From: Octopus vulgaris
Lineage: Eukaryota
DNA: 64,000 nt
Assembly: GCA_951406725.2 (NCBI GenBank)
Contig: OX597835.1
Location: forward strand, 49,166,001-49,230,000
Direction of reading: 5' to 3'
This document shows positions 52,633 through 64,000 of the stretch, piece after piece. The stretch's first letter is position 1. Each line of letters begins with the position of its first letter. Both the position numbers and the translations under genes were made by a program. The notes under the pieces are model-generated. The model made no database searches and was not told the DNA's origin. It saw only the letters and a program-made list of their open reading frames with translations.

Positions 52633-52850
52633 AAGGCGGCGAGCTGGAAGAATCGTTACTCGCGCCGGACAAAATGCTTAGCAGCATTTCGTCCGTCTTT
52701 ACGCTTTGAATTCAAATTCCGCCGATGTCGACTTTGCCGGTCATCCTTTCAAGGACGTTAAAATAAGTACCAGTTATGCACTGGGGTCGATGTACTCAAT
52801 TCCTTCCCCTTCCCGAAATTACTGGCCTTGCGCTAAAATTTGAAACCATT
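52633..52850 (+). mobile_element. SINE family B
   Basis: AAGGCGGCGAGCTGG..TTCAAATTCCGCCGATGTCGACTTTGCC..AAGTACCAG..TTTGAAACC. Confidence 0.85.
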
Positions 52851-53495
52851 ACTTTTAGTAGTTCGGCTCGGCTGATGTTGAGCCATGTCTCATGCGACCC
52901 GCTTCTCGTAAAAGGTTGCCTGTGCCTGGCGTAGAACCTTCCACTTCAGCTTATCGTAAGCAAATATTTTATGGCAGGTTGGAATCAGCAGGACGGCGGG
53001 GTCGGGGGTGTGGGGGAATATGTTCCCTTTTTTTTTTCTAGTAATCAAAGTTGGACTCCATTATAGAGGTCACGTGGTTATCAATAAACTTCCATATCCA
53101 ACATTAGGTTCTATTCTCGAACTTAAATCCTCCTACTCCGCTTCCATTTACACCCACCTCTCTTAATTATTCAAAGCAATATGTAAAGAGAGAGAGAGAG
53201 AGACACTCACCACACAGAGGGAGTTGGGAGGAGTATTGTCGATCATAAGAGATCAGAAGACAGTAGAATAAAAAGGGAACACATGGACCATCACACCTAC
53301 TTGACCCTCATGCTATTCCCCTCCCTCCCTCACCACTACTGCTACTACTACTACTACCGCCATCAACGCCATAACGTCGACGACTGCAATTACAACCCTC
53401 ACACTCATACACATTCCTTCTCCAACTAAGTCGATTCTTATCCTACCCACCCACTCTTCCCTCTCAATCTTCTCGTCCTTCCTTTTATTCTCTTT

Positions 53496-53537
<42 letters not shown>

Positions 53538-53558
53538 GTTTCACACTCCCGATATCTC

Positions 53559-53594
<36 letters not shown>

Positions 53595-55428
53595 TCTATT
53601 CTATTCTATTCTATTCTATTCTATTCTATTCGTCTATTCTTTCTTTCTGTCCTGTATACAAAGGCGGACATACACAAGGCATGCATAAAGGTCTTTGGCA
53701 ATAAAATTGCCATTTCTCGTTTTAGAGAACGACTGTTGTAGAATGCCAGTCACGTGTGGAGCAATGAATGGCTGGTGGTTCGGATGGAAGAAGAAACGAA
53801 AAAGAAAAAAAAGAAAGAAAAATAGAATCGGAAAGAAAGAGTGAACTAGAAAGAAAGGAGGAAAAGCTGAAAAAGAAAGCGCGAATGAAAGAAAACAAAA
53901 TATATAACAGAGGGAATAATAAACCAAAAAAAAATGGAACAAAATGAGAGAAAGAAAGAAAAACAGGTAGACTGGATGAACGAGAAAAAAAGAAAGAAAA
54001 GAGAATGACAGGAAAAGGAAAGGCAAAAAGAAAGATGAAAGAAGGAAGAAAGGAGGAGAGGAGGAGGGGAAGGGTAAGTGAAACAAATAGCGAAAATAGA
54101 GAATTCAGGTCCAAGACATACAGACAGACAACGGGGAATTAATAAATACCCGTGAAAAGTTGACAAACTTTGATAATCTCGTGTGTCCTTTGGCAAATGA
54201 GAGTTCTGTTTCGAATCCAACAGCCCTTCATCGGGTTTCTTGTCTCCCCAGCAACATACTTAATTATCCCCATTTGCAGACTTGATTAAAGGATTTACGC
54301 TTACACAAACCAATAGTTCTCAGAGACTCTGCTTACTTTCTGTCCGAATTCATCCAGTAATTCATCCTCATCTTAAAGGCAACATGGCGATATTTGAAGG
54401 CGGTTTGGGCCATCAAGTACTCGCGCTGCTTTAAAAAATGACGGTCCAGTTGCGTTTCTGGCTGAAAGTTTGGGTAGCCCGCTGGCTGGCTGGCTGGCTG
54501 GTAGGTTGGTTGGCTAGCTGGTGGATCGGTCATGTGACTGACCAGATGGCATGGAAGACAGGCAGGATGTTATGGACAACTGCGTGCTGCAATTCTATAT
54601 ATGGGAGCGCGTGCGTGTCTTCGCGCGTGTGTGTGTCTATGTGCGCGCATGTGTGTGTGTATGTTATGCAGTGCATGTGATTCTGCGCACTGTGTGTACT
54701 TGTCTTTGTGTAGGAGGGTGTGGAGGAACCGGATGCCATTTCGACTGGCAGCTTTGCATGGCTGGTTGGCCGATGTTCTAGCGGACTGACTGGCTAGTGG
54801 GATGGATGGAGGTTAGCGGGTGGGCGAAATGAGGGTCACATAATCACTTCAGTGTGATGTATGGCAGTGGTCATATGTGGAGAGGTGGGAGAGGAAATAA
54901 CAAAAAATAACCAGCCCTAAACTGGGACAAACCCCACCGAAACCAATATCTTGAGAGAAGAAATAGCTGTGTTGTTAAGAATTACAACAAGCAACAACAA
55001 CAACAACAACATCAGTGGTTTTCAATCGGGGTCTGTATGAACCGTTGGGGGTCCACATACGATTTAGTTAAACTTTATGTTCTTGGTTAAACTTCTGCAA
55101 CACACAAAATATTTCTTAAAAATTACGGAATTCTGAATAATATTTAATTATAAAAATACAGCAGAATTATTATATCTATATAATTTATATTATTATTTAA
55201 TTGAACGCCACGCATCCATTTCCATTGTCGTTGAATGCTCGAAATGAGGAGTAGATAGACAGCCGACAACAAATGAAGGGTCGTTCTTTGTGTTAGTTGT
55301 CCTGTTTTCCATTTTTCTCTCGTTGTTTGCGTATTTAGCTCATCTATTTTCGTATTTCATGTTGTTTACTGTTGGTGACGTCCTCCAGCGTTAAACTAAC
55401 ACATCTAACACACTAATACTAATACACA

Positions 55429-55461
<33 letters not shown>

Positions 55462-56230
55462 ATTGGAGGGTTATGTAGGTCCAGTTGAATAAAATAGGCG
55501 GAGGAGTGTTGTAGTCTCAGTCAGTTATTGCCTTGGGCTCATGACGGGCAAAAATCTAATCTGGGGAGAAAGGGAGTATCCTTCATTTAAGACGGTAAGG
55601 TATCCCTAGATGGGAATTTCGTTGCTATTTCTAGCATGACGAAATACTACTCTACGATGTCTTCTTGGTTCGGTGGAGGCGGAGATTTGATGTTGTTGTT
55701 CTTTAAATCCAAGCTGGTGCTGATCACGAAGACACTTGAACCATATCGTATCTAGATGAAGGATCGTGTAAATTCTGCTACATCTACTGAGTACAACCCT
55801 GCGTCCGAGAGTACGACAAAGAGTCTATATGGACACCCGTATCACTAGAAATATCAGCCAAAATTTTTCTCAACTTTTACGCAACAACAGTTATAGAAAA
55901 AAAAACGACAGACACACCTGATAATGTAGTCCCAGATAACCATGCGATTCTTTCGATTTCAGGTCAGCACGATCAGAGAGAAAACATCTACAGCCAAATA
56001 TGTGTTCGCGTAACTTAGCGGATTGGCGAAAAGACATCAATAGAATACGGACCAGGCTTAACAGAATATAAGTACGCGGGTGGGGAGGGGCGCTCTATTC
56101 TACTAAAAATTCAAGAGGGTGTCCCAGCATGGCCGCATTCTAATGACTGAAACAAGTAAAAGATAAAAAATAAAATATCTGATCATATACACACGCCGTA
56201 TACACATACATGTCAAAATGTACAAAACAC

Positions 56231-56267
<37 letters not shown>

Positions 56268-56523
56268 CAACGTTCTAATAAGCCATTCATCTAAAGTTGG
56301 ATCTAATGGTTGTCTTTTGGTAATATCGCTTCCGTCGCTAATAATTAATTTTTAATAATCCTGCTGATTATTTGTGACATCGGTGTCCGAAATGATGCTG
56401 ATCTGGCGATGCAGTGACCAGACGCTTCCCGCTGACGATTTCCAGTAGAATGAAATCACAGGATATGGGAGTTCCAACACATATGTCTGCTATGATCTGT
56501 CTGCTTTTGTGCCAACACACACA

Positions 56524-56568
<45 letters not shown>

Positions 56569-56600
56569 TTTATTTTAAGCAGCAGAAAATTCAACAAAAT

Positions 56601-56638
56601 CTGTTACTCTGAGTTTCTCGTTGCCGTTCATCAGACAG
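56601..56638 (-). ncRNA. Minimal type I hammerhead ribozyme motif (mirror copy)
   Basis: CUGU CUGAUGA A-CG-GCAA-CG-A GAAA CUC A GAG UA ACAG. Confidence 0.7.
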
Positions 56639-56654
56639 TTTTTGCTAGCAAAAA

Positions 56655-56691
56655 CTGTCTGATGAACGGCACGAGAAACTCAGAGTAACAG
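56655..56691 (+). ncRNA. Minimal type I hammerhead ribozyme motif
   Basis: Stem I CUGU/ACAG, CUGAUGA, short stem II, GAAA, stem III ACUC-A-GAGU, GUA cleavage triplet. Confidence 0.65.
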
Positions 56692-56793
56692 ATTTTGTTG
56701 AATTTTCTGCTGCTTAAAATAAAGCATATTACTCTACCACTGGTATTTGAGTACTCTTTTTTCCACCTTGTTTCACATTTATGTGTTTACTCC

Positions 56794-56839
<46 letters not shown>

Positions 56840-56869
56840 GAGGAACTTAAAAACGATAAAAACGTTTTA

Positions 56870-57267
56870 TCCTCTTCTACTCTAGGTAAAAGGCCTGAAA
56901 TTTGGGGGGAGGGGGGCCAGTTGATTAGATCGACCCCAGTACGCAACTGGTACTTGATTTATCGACCCCGAAAGGATGAAAGGCAAAGTCGACGTCGGCG
57001 GAATTTGAACTCAGAGCGTAAAGACAGACAAAATACCTAATTCTTTACTACCTACAAGGGGCTAAACACAGAAGGGACAAACAAGAACAGACAAACGGAT
57101 TAAGTCGATTATATCGACCCCAGTGCGTAAATGGTACTTAATTTATCGACCCCGAAAGGATGAAAGGCAAAGTCGACCACGGCGGAATTTGAACTCAGAA
57201 CATAACGGCAGACGAAATACGGCTACGCATTTCGCCCGGCGTGCTAACGTTTCTGCCAGCTCGCCAC
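56870..57267 (-). mobile_element. SINE family B dimer
   Basis: Two bodies plus head, reverse complement of the 34854 element; imperfect flanking duplication GATAAAAA..TTTTAT. Confidence 0.88.
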
Positions 57268-57299
57268 CAAAGTGATAAAAAGCATTTTATAGTAATGTT

Positions 57300-58999
57300 T
57301 ATTTCTTTATTCACCATACGGTTTTATACAGGGGGGACATTACAACACATTGGGGACACAAAACATCAAAGAAATAGTCAAATGATAGGATGGAAAAACG
57401 GGTGATAGATGAGAGGTGAAAGTGATGTTAACTGCCCCATCAGTCAAAATCACTTACTTGTCCTTTTCCTATTTCACCGAAAAATCCACAAAATCCCCAA
57501 AATTTAACCCGTATATTTTCCAGAGTTCATCTCTATTTTCCTGTACTAATCTTCCCCTAATCTGCACATATACATCACCAAGTTTATTCTTAAGTTCTTT
57601 CACTTGCTCTTCCGACAATACTCCTTCCATCCCTTCATCCCATCTACCTGGAATTTCTACCTTTCCCCATATTTTTAACCTTTCATATAAATATTCACTG
57701 TCTCTTATCCCTATACAATATTCTTCAGGGTGGGAGTTTTGTGTAATCATTTGTTTGCATGTTTTCTTGTTGGTGGGGGAGTGGGTGAGTTTGGTGTCTG
57801 CGGGGACAGGGTGGGCCACAATGGGTTAGGGTGGTGCTGGCGTGGGTTGGGGTTCACATTCACTTGCCTTTTTTCTTTTTCGCTGTTTTCTTTTTCCTGG
57901 GGTTTCCCATTCTTTTCCATCTTCCTTCACTTGTCTCTCTTCTTCTGTTTCTTTCTATTCCTCCTGGGGTGTTTCTGTTTCTTCCGTTGTTTCTTTGATT
58001 ATTTCCTTCACTACTGTAGTGCAGTTTGCTCTTATGTGGTCTTTCAGCCCGCATTTATAATATCGAGGGCCTTTGCCCTCCACCCATACTCTCATTGTTA
58101 AGTCGTTAGTCGTAATGGTTTCTGAGTTTCTGATAAACTTTGTAAAATTTCCATTTCCGCTTGGACGCTCATTTCCAGCGTCCCACCTCTTCATCCTCCT
58201 TCCTCTGTTATAGTCGCTTGGACTATATCAACTTTCTCCTCATTTCCAACGATAACCGCTGCTACAAATAATTCCGCGTCGATATCTGGTGGTATTCTGT
58301 CCACCCTAATCCTTGTGGCTCTTCTCCCCAGATAAGTGGGTAGAAGTGTTACCATGTCAGTTTTTATTATCTTTGCAGCCATTCTTCTTGCTGTTTCCTC
58401 GTTTTTGTACTGTACCACCACTGTGGCATACTTGTTTCCTCTTGCGAGGAAGATTATCTCTTCCTCTGTTGTTTTTTAGGGCTTCCTCTACCGTTTCCAT
58501 GCTTATTATATCCACTTTTTTCTTTTCGTTAGCAAATACTCGGTACGTTATTTTCTTTCTTTCCATTCTGTTCTTTTTCCTGTTCGACAGCAATAATTCC
58601 GCCTCTCCGTTTTCCCTTTTAATCATATCTTGGCATTCCGGTAACTTTGCCAAATTCATTTCCTTTTTCACTGGTTTTGTTGCTCCTGCATATGTCCTTC
58701 CTTGTAAGACCATGTCCATCTTTCTTACTTGCTTCCACGAACTCTTCTTCGGAAGATGATAAGTCCGACTCACCTCCATTCCTCCTTTTGTCACCTCCAT
58801 TCCTCCTCTTAACGAGGGAAAACTCATTTTCCTTCGCCTGTCTCAAACAGACAGACTAAATTCAACAGTGAAAATCAATAAAAACTAATAAAACTTGTAA
58901 ATAAAACCGACTTTTCAGAATTCCCAACAGAACCGAACGCGTAACGCCGTTTTCACAGTCTTCACCGCACGAGCTCAAAAAAACACAAAGAAAAAACAA
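57300..58999 (-). mobile_element. ORF1-only L1/Tx1-type non-LTR element (HAL1-like), bounded by a 17-bp TSD
   Basis: TSD CATTTTAT(A/C)GTAATGTT at 57283-99 and 59000-16; 5' UTR, frameshifted ORF1, ~170-bp 3' UTR ending AATAAAGAAATA. Confidence 0.8.
57469..58827 (-). pseudogene. L1/Tx1-type ORF1 (gag-like nucleic-acid-binding protein), frameshifted
   Basis: RTYAGATK; VVQYKNEETARR..YLGRRATRIRVDRIPPDI (RRM-like); RVWVEGKGPRYYKCGLKDHIRANC (CX2CX4HX4C knuckle, first C>Y); acidic/basic linker EWETPGKRK. Confidence 0.8.
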
Positions 59000-59582
59000 C
59001 ATTTTATCGTAATGTTAAGTTAAACAGGTGTACACAGACATTTTTATACTGCACTGTAAGGTCAGGATGAAGTCCATTGTCAAAATAGAGGAAGCTAGGT
59101 GTAATTAGCCAAACTGTAAAACTATAACAAATTGGCAAGACCCTGGCAAACCTTTATAAACAGACATAATTGTACTTGTGGCAGGTTGTGTAATAATTTG
59201 GCTATTTTCTGTTAAGATAAATGTTAAAATTTGTATAAATAACTGGAATGTGCATGAATAAAATTTTCATTTCGCCCATTTTTTGTATTAGACAACTAAT
59301 TGTAAATTTTGTCTAATGGTTACTCAGCATGATCGTATGAAGCAGTTTTGTAAGAATTTAAAGCAACCTAGATTTTTTGGGTTTTACTATTTTAATTTCT
59401 TTAACTATAATTATTGATGCAGTCTGGCAGCCGTTTTGTGTCATGAACTTTGAGTTTAAATGGTTGCTTTGACATTAGATTTATTTATGTTTAGGTCCAA
59501 GGTTCGAAACCCAGGTTTTGAATACCGAATTTGTGAAGCCACATTTTATGAAATCTAAATTTTCGAAATCCATATTTTCGGC

Positions 59583-60419
59583 AGATCTTTTCGGCAAATT
59601 TTTAAAATAATTTCTTTGTAACTAAACACTTTTAAACTTCGTATGCTGGTAGAATGTGTTTATAAAACATCTTTTTCTCTGTGGCCATAAACTGAGGAGT
59701 CACTCGTAAACAGAGCTGGATAACAAAACCGTTCCCTCTTTAGTGCCCACCCATAATTAGGACCCTAGTATCGATCTATTGCATTTCAATCTGTTTTAGG
59801 GTTAGGGTTAGGGTTAGGGTTAGGGTTAGAGTTAGGGTTAGGGTTAGGGTTAGAGTTAGGGTTAGTGTTAGGGTTAGGGTTAGAGTTAGGGTTAGGGTTA
59901 GGGGTTAGGGTTAGGGATAGAGTTAGGGTTAGGGTTAGGGTTAAGGTTAGGGGTGGGGGGAAGGGTATCTTTTTTCTTCAGAAATGTAAATAAACCCAAT
60001 CTGTTTCTTAAACGAATATATAATATGTAATGTGTGCAACAGAGAGGGAAATTAAAACTGCGTATGTTGTGAACTTAGAATATGTGTTTATTAATAAAAG
60101 TTTAATAACGATAATCTTTTATTCATACGAACGTAACTGATATGAAATATGTCATAAATAACAGGGACATTTTCTTATGACACTGCAAATAATTGTTGTT
60201 GACACACTACGGCAGAAATTGAATTCCCCTCAATAGACGTCATTGATTGGTTGAAATTGCCGAAATGCAAGAAATTAAGCTTACAAACTACATAATTTTC
60301 TCAAGAAAGCCAAAATAAAAAGATGTTTTATAAACACATTCTACCAGTATACGAAGTTTAAAAGTGTTTAGTTACAAAGAAATTATTTTAAAAATCTGCC
60401 GGTCAAAGTGAAATGATCC
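59583..60419. mobile_element. TTAGGG-bearing MITE with ~100-bp TIRs (same family as 46257-47400)
   Basis: AGATCTTTTCGGCAAATTTTTAAAATAATTTCTTTGTAACTAAACACTTTTAAACTTCGTAT.. mirrored at 60318-60419; shared internal sequence with the 46257 copy; TSD not evident. Confidence 0.85.
59796..59952 (+). repeat. Interstitial (TTAGGG)n, roughly 25 units with TTAGAG variants
   Basis: Direct reading. Confidence 0.95.
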
Positions 60420-60634
60420 AAATCAAATTTATGAGGCCAGGTTTCCTGTGAGGCCAATTTGGGTGAGACCAAAATTTGTGCATCCAGAGTTTCGAATCCC
60501 AGTTTATGAAATCAAGTTGGTGAAGCACGGTTTCTGAGTTCGAATTTCTGAACTGTATATATTACCTTTATTAATTTTTGTTCATATTTATTTATTTTGT
60601 ATGTAGGCTGTTTCTTATGCCGACACTTAATTGT

Positions 60635-60905
60635 TACTCTTTTACTTGTTTCAGTCATTTTACTGCGGCCATGCTGAAGCTCCGCCTTTAGTCGAGCAAA
60701 TCGACCCCAGGACTTATTCTTTGTAAGCCTAGTACTTATTCTATCGGCCTGTTTTGCCGAACCGCTAAGTTATGGGGACGTAAACACACCAGCATCGGTT
60801 GTCAAGCGATGTTGGGGGGACAAATACAGACACGCAAACACACGCACACACACACACACACACACATATGTAAATATAGATACGACGGGATTCTTTCAGT
60901 TTCCA
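60635..60905 (-). mobile_element. SINE family A, 5'-truncated
   Basis: Reverse complement of tail and body. Confidence 0.85.
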
Positions 60906-61036
60906 TCTATGTGTGTGTTTCTTTGTGTTTGTCTCCCACCGCTTGACAACCGGTATTTACGCCCTGTAACTTAGCGGTTCGGCATGAGGGCCGATAAATG
61001 TTCACAGAAAACGTTTTAAAATTTTTTTGACAACAT

Positions 61037-61135
<99 letters not shown>

Positions 61136-61632
61136 TATAAGATTACAAGACAGATTTCCACACAGTTTCCGTCTTCTGAAGTCATTGAGAAGGTGCCGCG
61201 CAGTGGGACTGAATCGGAGACCATCTCGTTGCAAAGCGAGCGAGACAAACAGACAATTGAGGTAGACGGGCAGATACCCCAAACATCTTTCAAATGACAT
61301 AAACGGCAAGCATTTTACACATTCTTTACCCATATTGAATCCAAAGAAACCCCGCATGTCTCACACACACACACACACACACACACATTTGTATATATTT
61401 TGTGTACATACATGCACAACGCATGCATATACTGCACAAAGGAATACAATCAATACCACACAGCGCACACTATATATACAGATACAAAACATAATTAGAC
61501 ATGTATTGTTATACACAAATACATGCGTATCATTCTATGTATCTATCTAGCCACACACACAGACACACACACATATATATATACACACATATATATACAT
61601 ACACATATACACACACTTACGCGTGCGAAGAG

Positions 61633-61683
<51 letters not shown>

Positions 61684-62263
61684 GCATTTATATCTAAATA
61701 ATACACACATTCAATTATCATTAATAGAAGTCCTGTCACTTTCTCACACGGTTCACAAAGTCTATTCACAAAACTTGTATTTATTGAGGAAGGAGGTGGA
61801 GGGTGGGGGGGCTTCCGGAAGAGGGGGGGGGCTAGGTTTTTCTCCTCTTTCATTTTTTTTGTTTGTTCTATTATTATTATTATTATTATTATTATTTCTT
61901 ATTAGACGAACTTCCCGTTCGGCACATTTGTTTTTTAATATTTCTATTGCATACACGTGCCGTGTCTGAGTAGATGCGCATGCGTGTTTCGTGCATGTAT
62001 ACGTGAGTGTGTGTGTGTGTGTGTGTTAGTGCGCGTGTGCCGTAACCGGAATATACAACTTAAATAAAGAGTGCATCCATGGACTCTATAATGACCAACG
62101 ACGCTTCTACTTTCACTTTCTACGAGTCCACGCGGGCGGCGTAGCGGTGGTCACGTGCCTATTTTCTTATTTCCTCTCCTTTCACTTTTCTCTCTTTCCT
62201 ATCGCTCTATGTGTATATATTAATATATATACATACATCTCTTTCTCTCTCCTTGTCTCTCTC

Positions 62264-62294
<31 letters not shown>

Positions 62295-62399
62295 CATAAT
62301 ATGTATATATCTGTTTTCCTTTCTCCATATTCTTCTCCCCCAACTTCTTTCCTTTTTGCAGTCACAATCTTTCTCTTTCACCTTATCTCACCCCCTCTC

Positions 62400-62483
<84 letters not shown>

Positions 62484-63257
62484 TGCCGCTGCTCGAACCG
62501 CACTCTTTCCTTCAACTTCAGTAAAAAAAAAAGCCACTACACATGTCGTCCTTAACACGATCAGTGTCGTACGCCAACCAAGAGGAGGCGGTTTCTAATT
62601 CAAATGAGGTTATAATTTTTCGACTTTCATTTTTTCTTGATTTTGTTGGTTTTTTTCTTTCTTTGTTTTGTCTTTTTTTTTTTTGCTCTTTTGTTTCTTG
62701 AATACGAAAGTCAGTTGTCTTTATTCCTGAATGTCTTCTCCAGTTATTTATATATTCATTCATTTATATCTGTCTGTCTGTCCTTCACTCTTTCATCCTT
62801 CCTTTCTTCCTCGCTTTCTTTCCTTCTTTCTTCACTGTCTTTTTTAGTTGTTATTGTTGTTTTTGTCAACATTTCTTATTGACAATTTCGGTTTCATTTT
62901 TGTTTTGCGAATCAGCGGGTCACGTGTAACGGATACTTGACTCCGAATACAAAACGCACACGCACGCGCGCAAACACACTCACACACTCTCCCTCTCTCT
63001 CTCTTTCTCTCTCTACACACACAGCACTCGCGCGCGCGCGAGTGTAGCCTCAACAGTAAAAACTACCAATGTCTTTCGTCGTTCCAGTTATCATCATTAT
63101 CAACAGCAGCGAAAGCGCCGACTCTACACCACCACCACCGCCGCTCTTAATCATAATCATCTTCGTCGACATCATCACCATCACCATCCTGATCAATCCT
63201 CGTCGCTGTCGTCTTTGCCATCAATGTCATGATCGCAACCATCATCATCATCACTAT

Positions 63258-63475
63258 AAGGCAGTGAACTGACAGAATCGGTAGCACACTGGACTAAATG
63301 CTTAGCGGCATTTTTCTGTCTTTGCGTTCTGGGTTCAAATTCCGTCGGGATCAGCTTTGCCTTTCATCCTTTTGGGGTCGATAAAATAAGTACCAGTTGA
63401 GAACTGGGGTCGAGGTAATCAACATAGCCACACACCGAAAATTGCTGGCCTTGAGCCAAAATTTGAAGCCAATCA
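63258..63475 (+). mobile_element. SINE family B
   Basis: AAGGCAGTGAACTGACAGAATCG..GGGTTCAAATTCC..CTTTGCCTTTCATCCTTTTGGGGTCGATAAAATAAGTACCAG. Confidence 0.85.
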
Positions 63476-63501
63476 ACACCATCATCATCATCATCATCAT
63501 T

Positions 63502-63892
63502 TTGTTTCAGTCATTTGACAGCGGCCATGCTGAAGCAGTGGCTTTAGTCGTACAAATGGACCCCAGGACTTATTCTTTGTAAACCTACTAAGTATTCTAT
63601 CGGTCTTTTTTTTACCGAATCGCTAAGTTACGGGGACGTAAACACACCAACATCGGTTGTCAAGCGATGCTAGAGAGACAAACACAGACATGCAAACACA
63701 CACACACACACACATGTATATATAGATACAACGGGCTTCTTTCAGTTTCCGTCTACCAAATCCACTCACAAGGCATTGGCCGGCCTGAGACTATAGTAGA
63801 AGACACTTGCCCAAGGTGCCACAAAGTGGGACTGAACCCGGAACCATGTGGTTAGGAAGTAAGCGTCTCACCACACAGTCACTTCTGCACCT
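63502..63892 (-). mobile_element. SINE family A, full-length
   Basis: Reverse complement of the 18454 copy. Confidence 0.88.
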
Positions 63893-64000
63893 ATAGATAG
63901 AGAGGATTATTGTAATCCTGGTTAGTATTCCAGAATCAAAAGATCTGTTAGGCTTCAGGAATCCTTGCACAGTTCCCAGGTAAGATCCGGTCGGCTTAAT

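Larger units (their letters stand above)
56568..56795. mobile_element. Penelope-associated foldback element in (TA)n; 157-bp palindrome at 56568-56724
   Basis: Arms are reverse complements except for a 1-nt indel; centre GCTAGC at 56644-49. Confidence 0.8.
59490..60555. repeat. Degenerate ~15-bp tandem array split by the MITE (59490-59582 and 60420-60555)
   Basis: Units such as CCGAATTTGTGAAGC, CCACATTTTATGAAAT, CCAAAATTTGTGCAT, CCCAGTTTATGAAAT. Confidence 0.55.

Noticed and set aside
57955-58194. Zinc knuckle as an LTR-retrotransposon gag
   Set aside because: No LTRs, PBS or protease. The 17-bp TSD and A-rich 3' end indicate a non-LTR origin.
59796-59952. True telomere or chromosome-fusion scar
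   Set aside because: Short, single orientation, and embedded at the same position in two TIR-element copies.

Overview
This 64 kb window is AT-rich eukaryotic DNA with no confidently identifiable host exon. It is saturated with microsatellites and transposon remnants. The repeat spectrum (two very abundant tRNA-type SINE families, CR1, R4/Dong, Penelope/Neptune, mariner, Helitron-like elements) most resembles an Octopus genome; this is an inference from recalled repeat families, not a database result. Almost all ORFs in the supplied track are translations of microsatellites. The real coding remnants are one full-length but broken DD34D mariner, five CR1-clade LINE fragments plus one isolated CR1 3' end, three R4/Dong endonuclease fragments, one Neptune-type Penelope RT+GIY-YIG fragment and one L1/Tx1-type ORF1. 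Highlights: (1) a 1.7-kb retroelement bounded by a 17-bp TSD that carries only ORF1 (HAL1-like); (2) a 157-bp palindrome encoding a minimal hammerhead ribozyme on each strand; (3) a 3' tail shared between the dominant SINE and a CR1-type LINE; (4) an 80-bp inverted templated insertion copied from 1 kb away; (5) GG...CC, 8-bp-TSD MITEs, one family carrying (TTAGGG)n internally, in a four-level nested stack; (6) a degenerate 5S rRNA abutting a SINE head. Coordinates were read by eye and may be off by a few bases.
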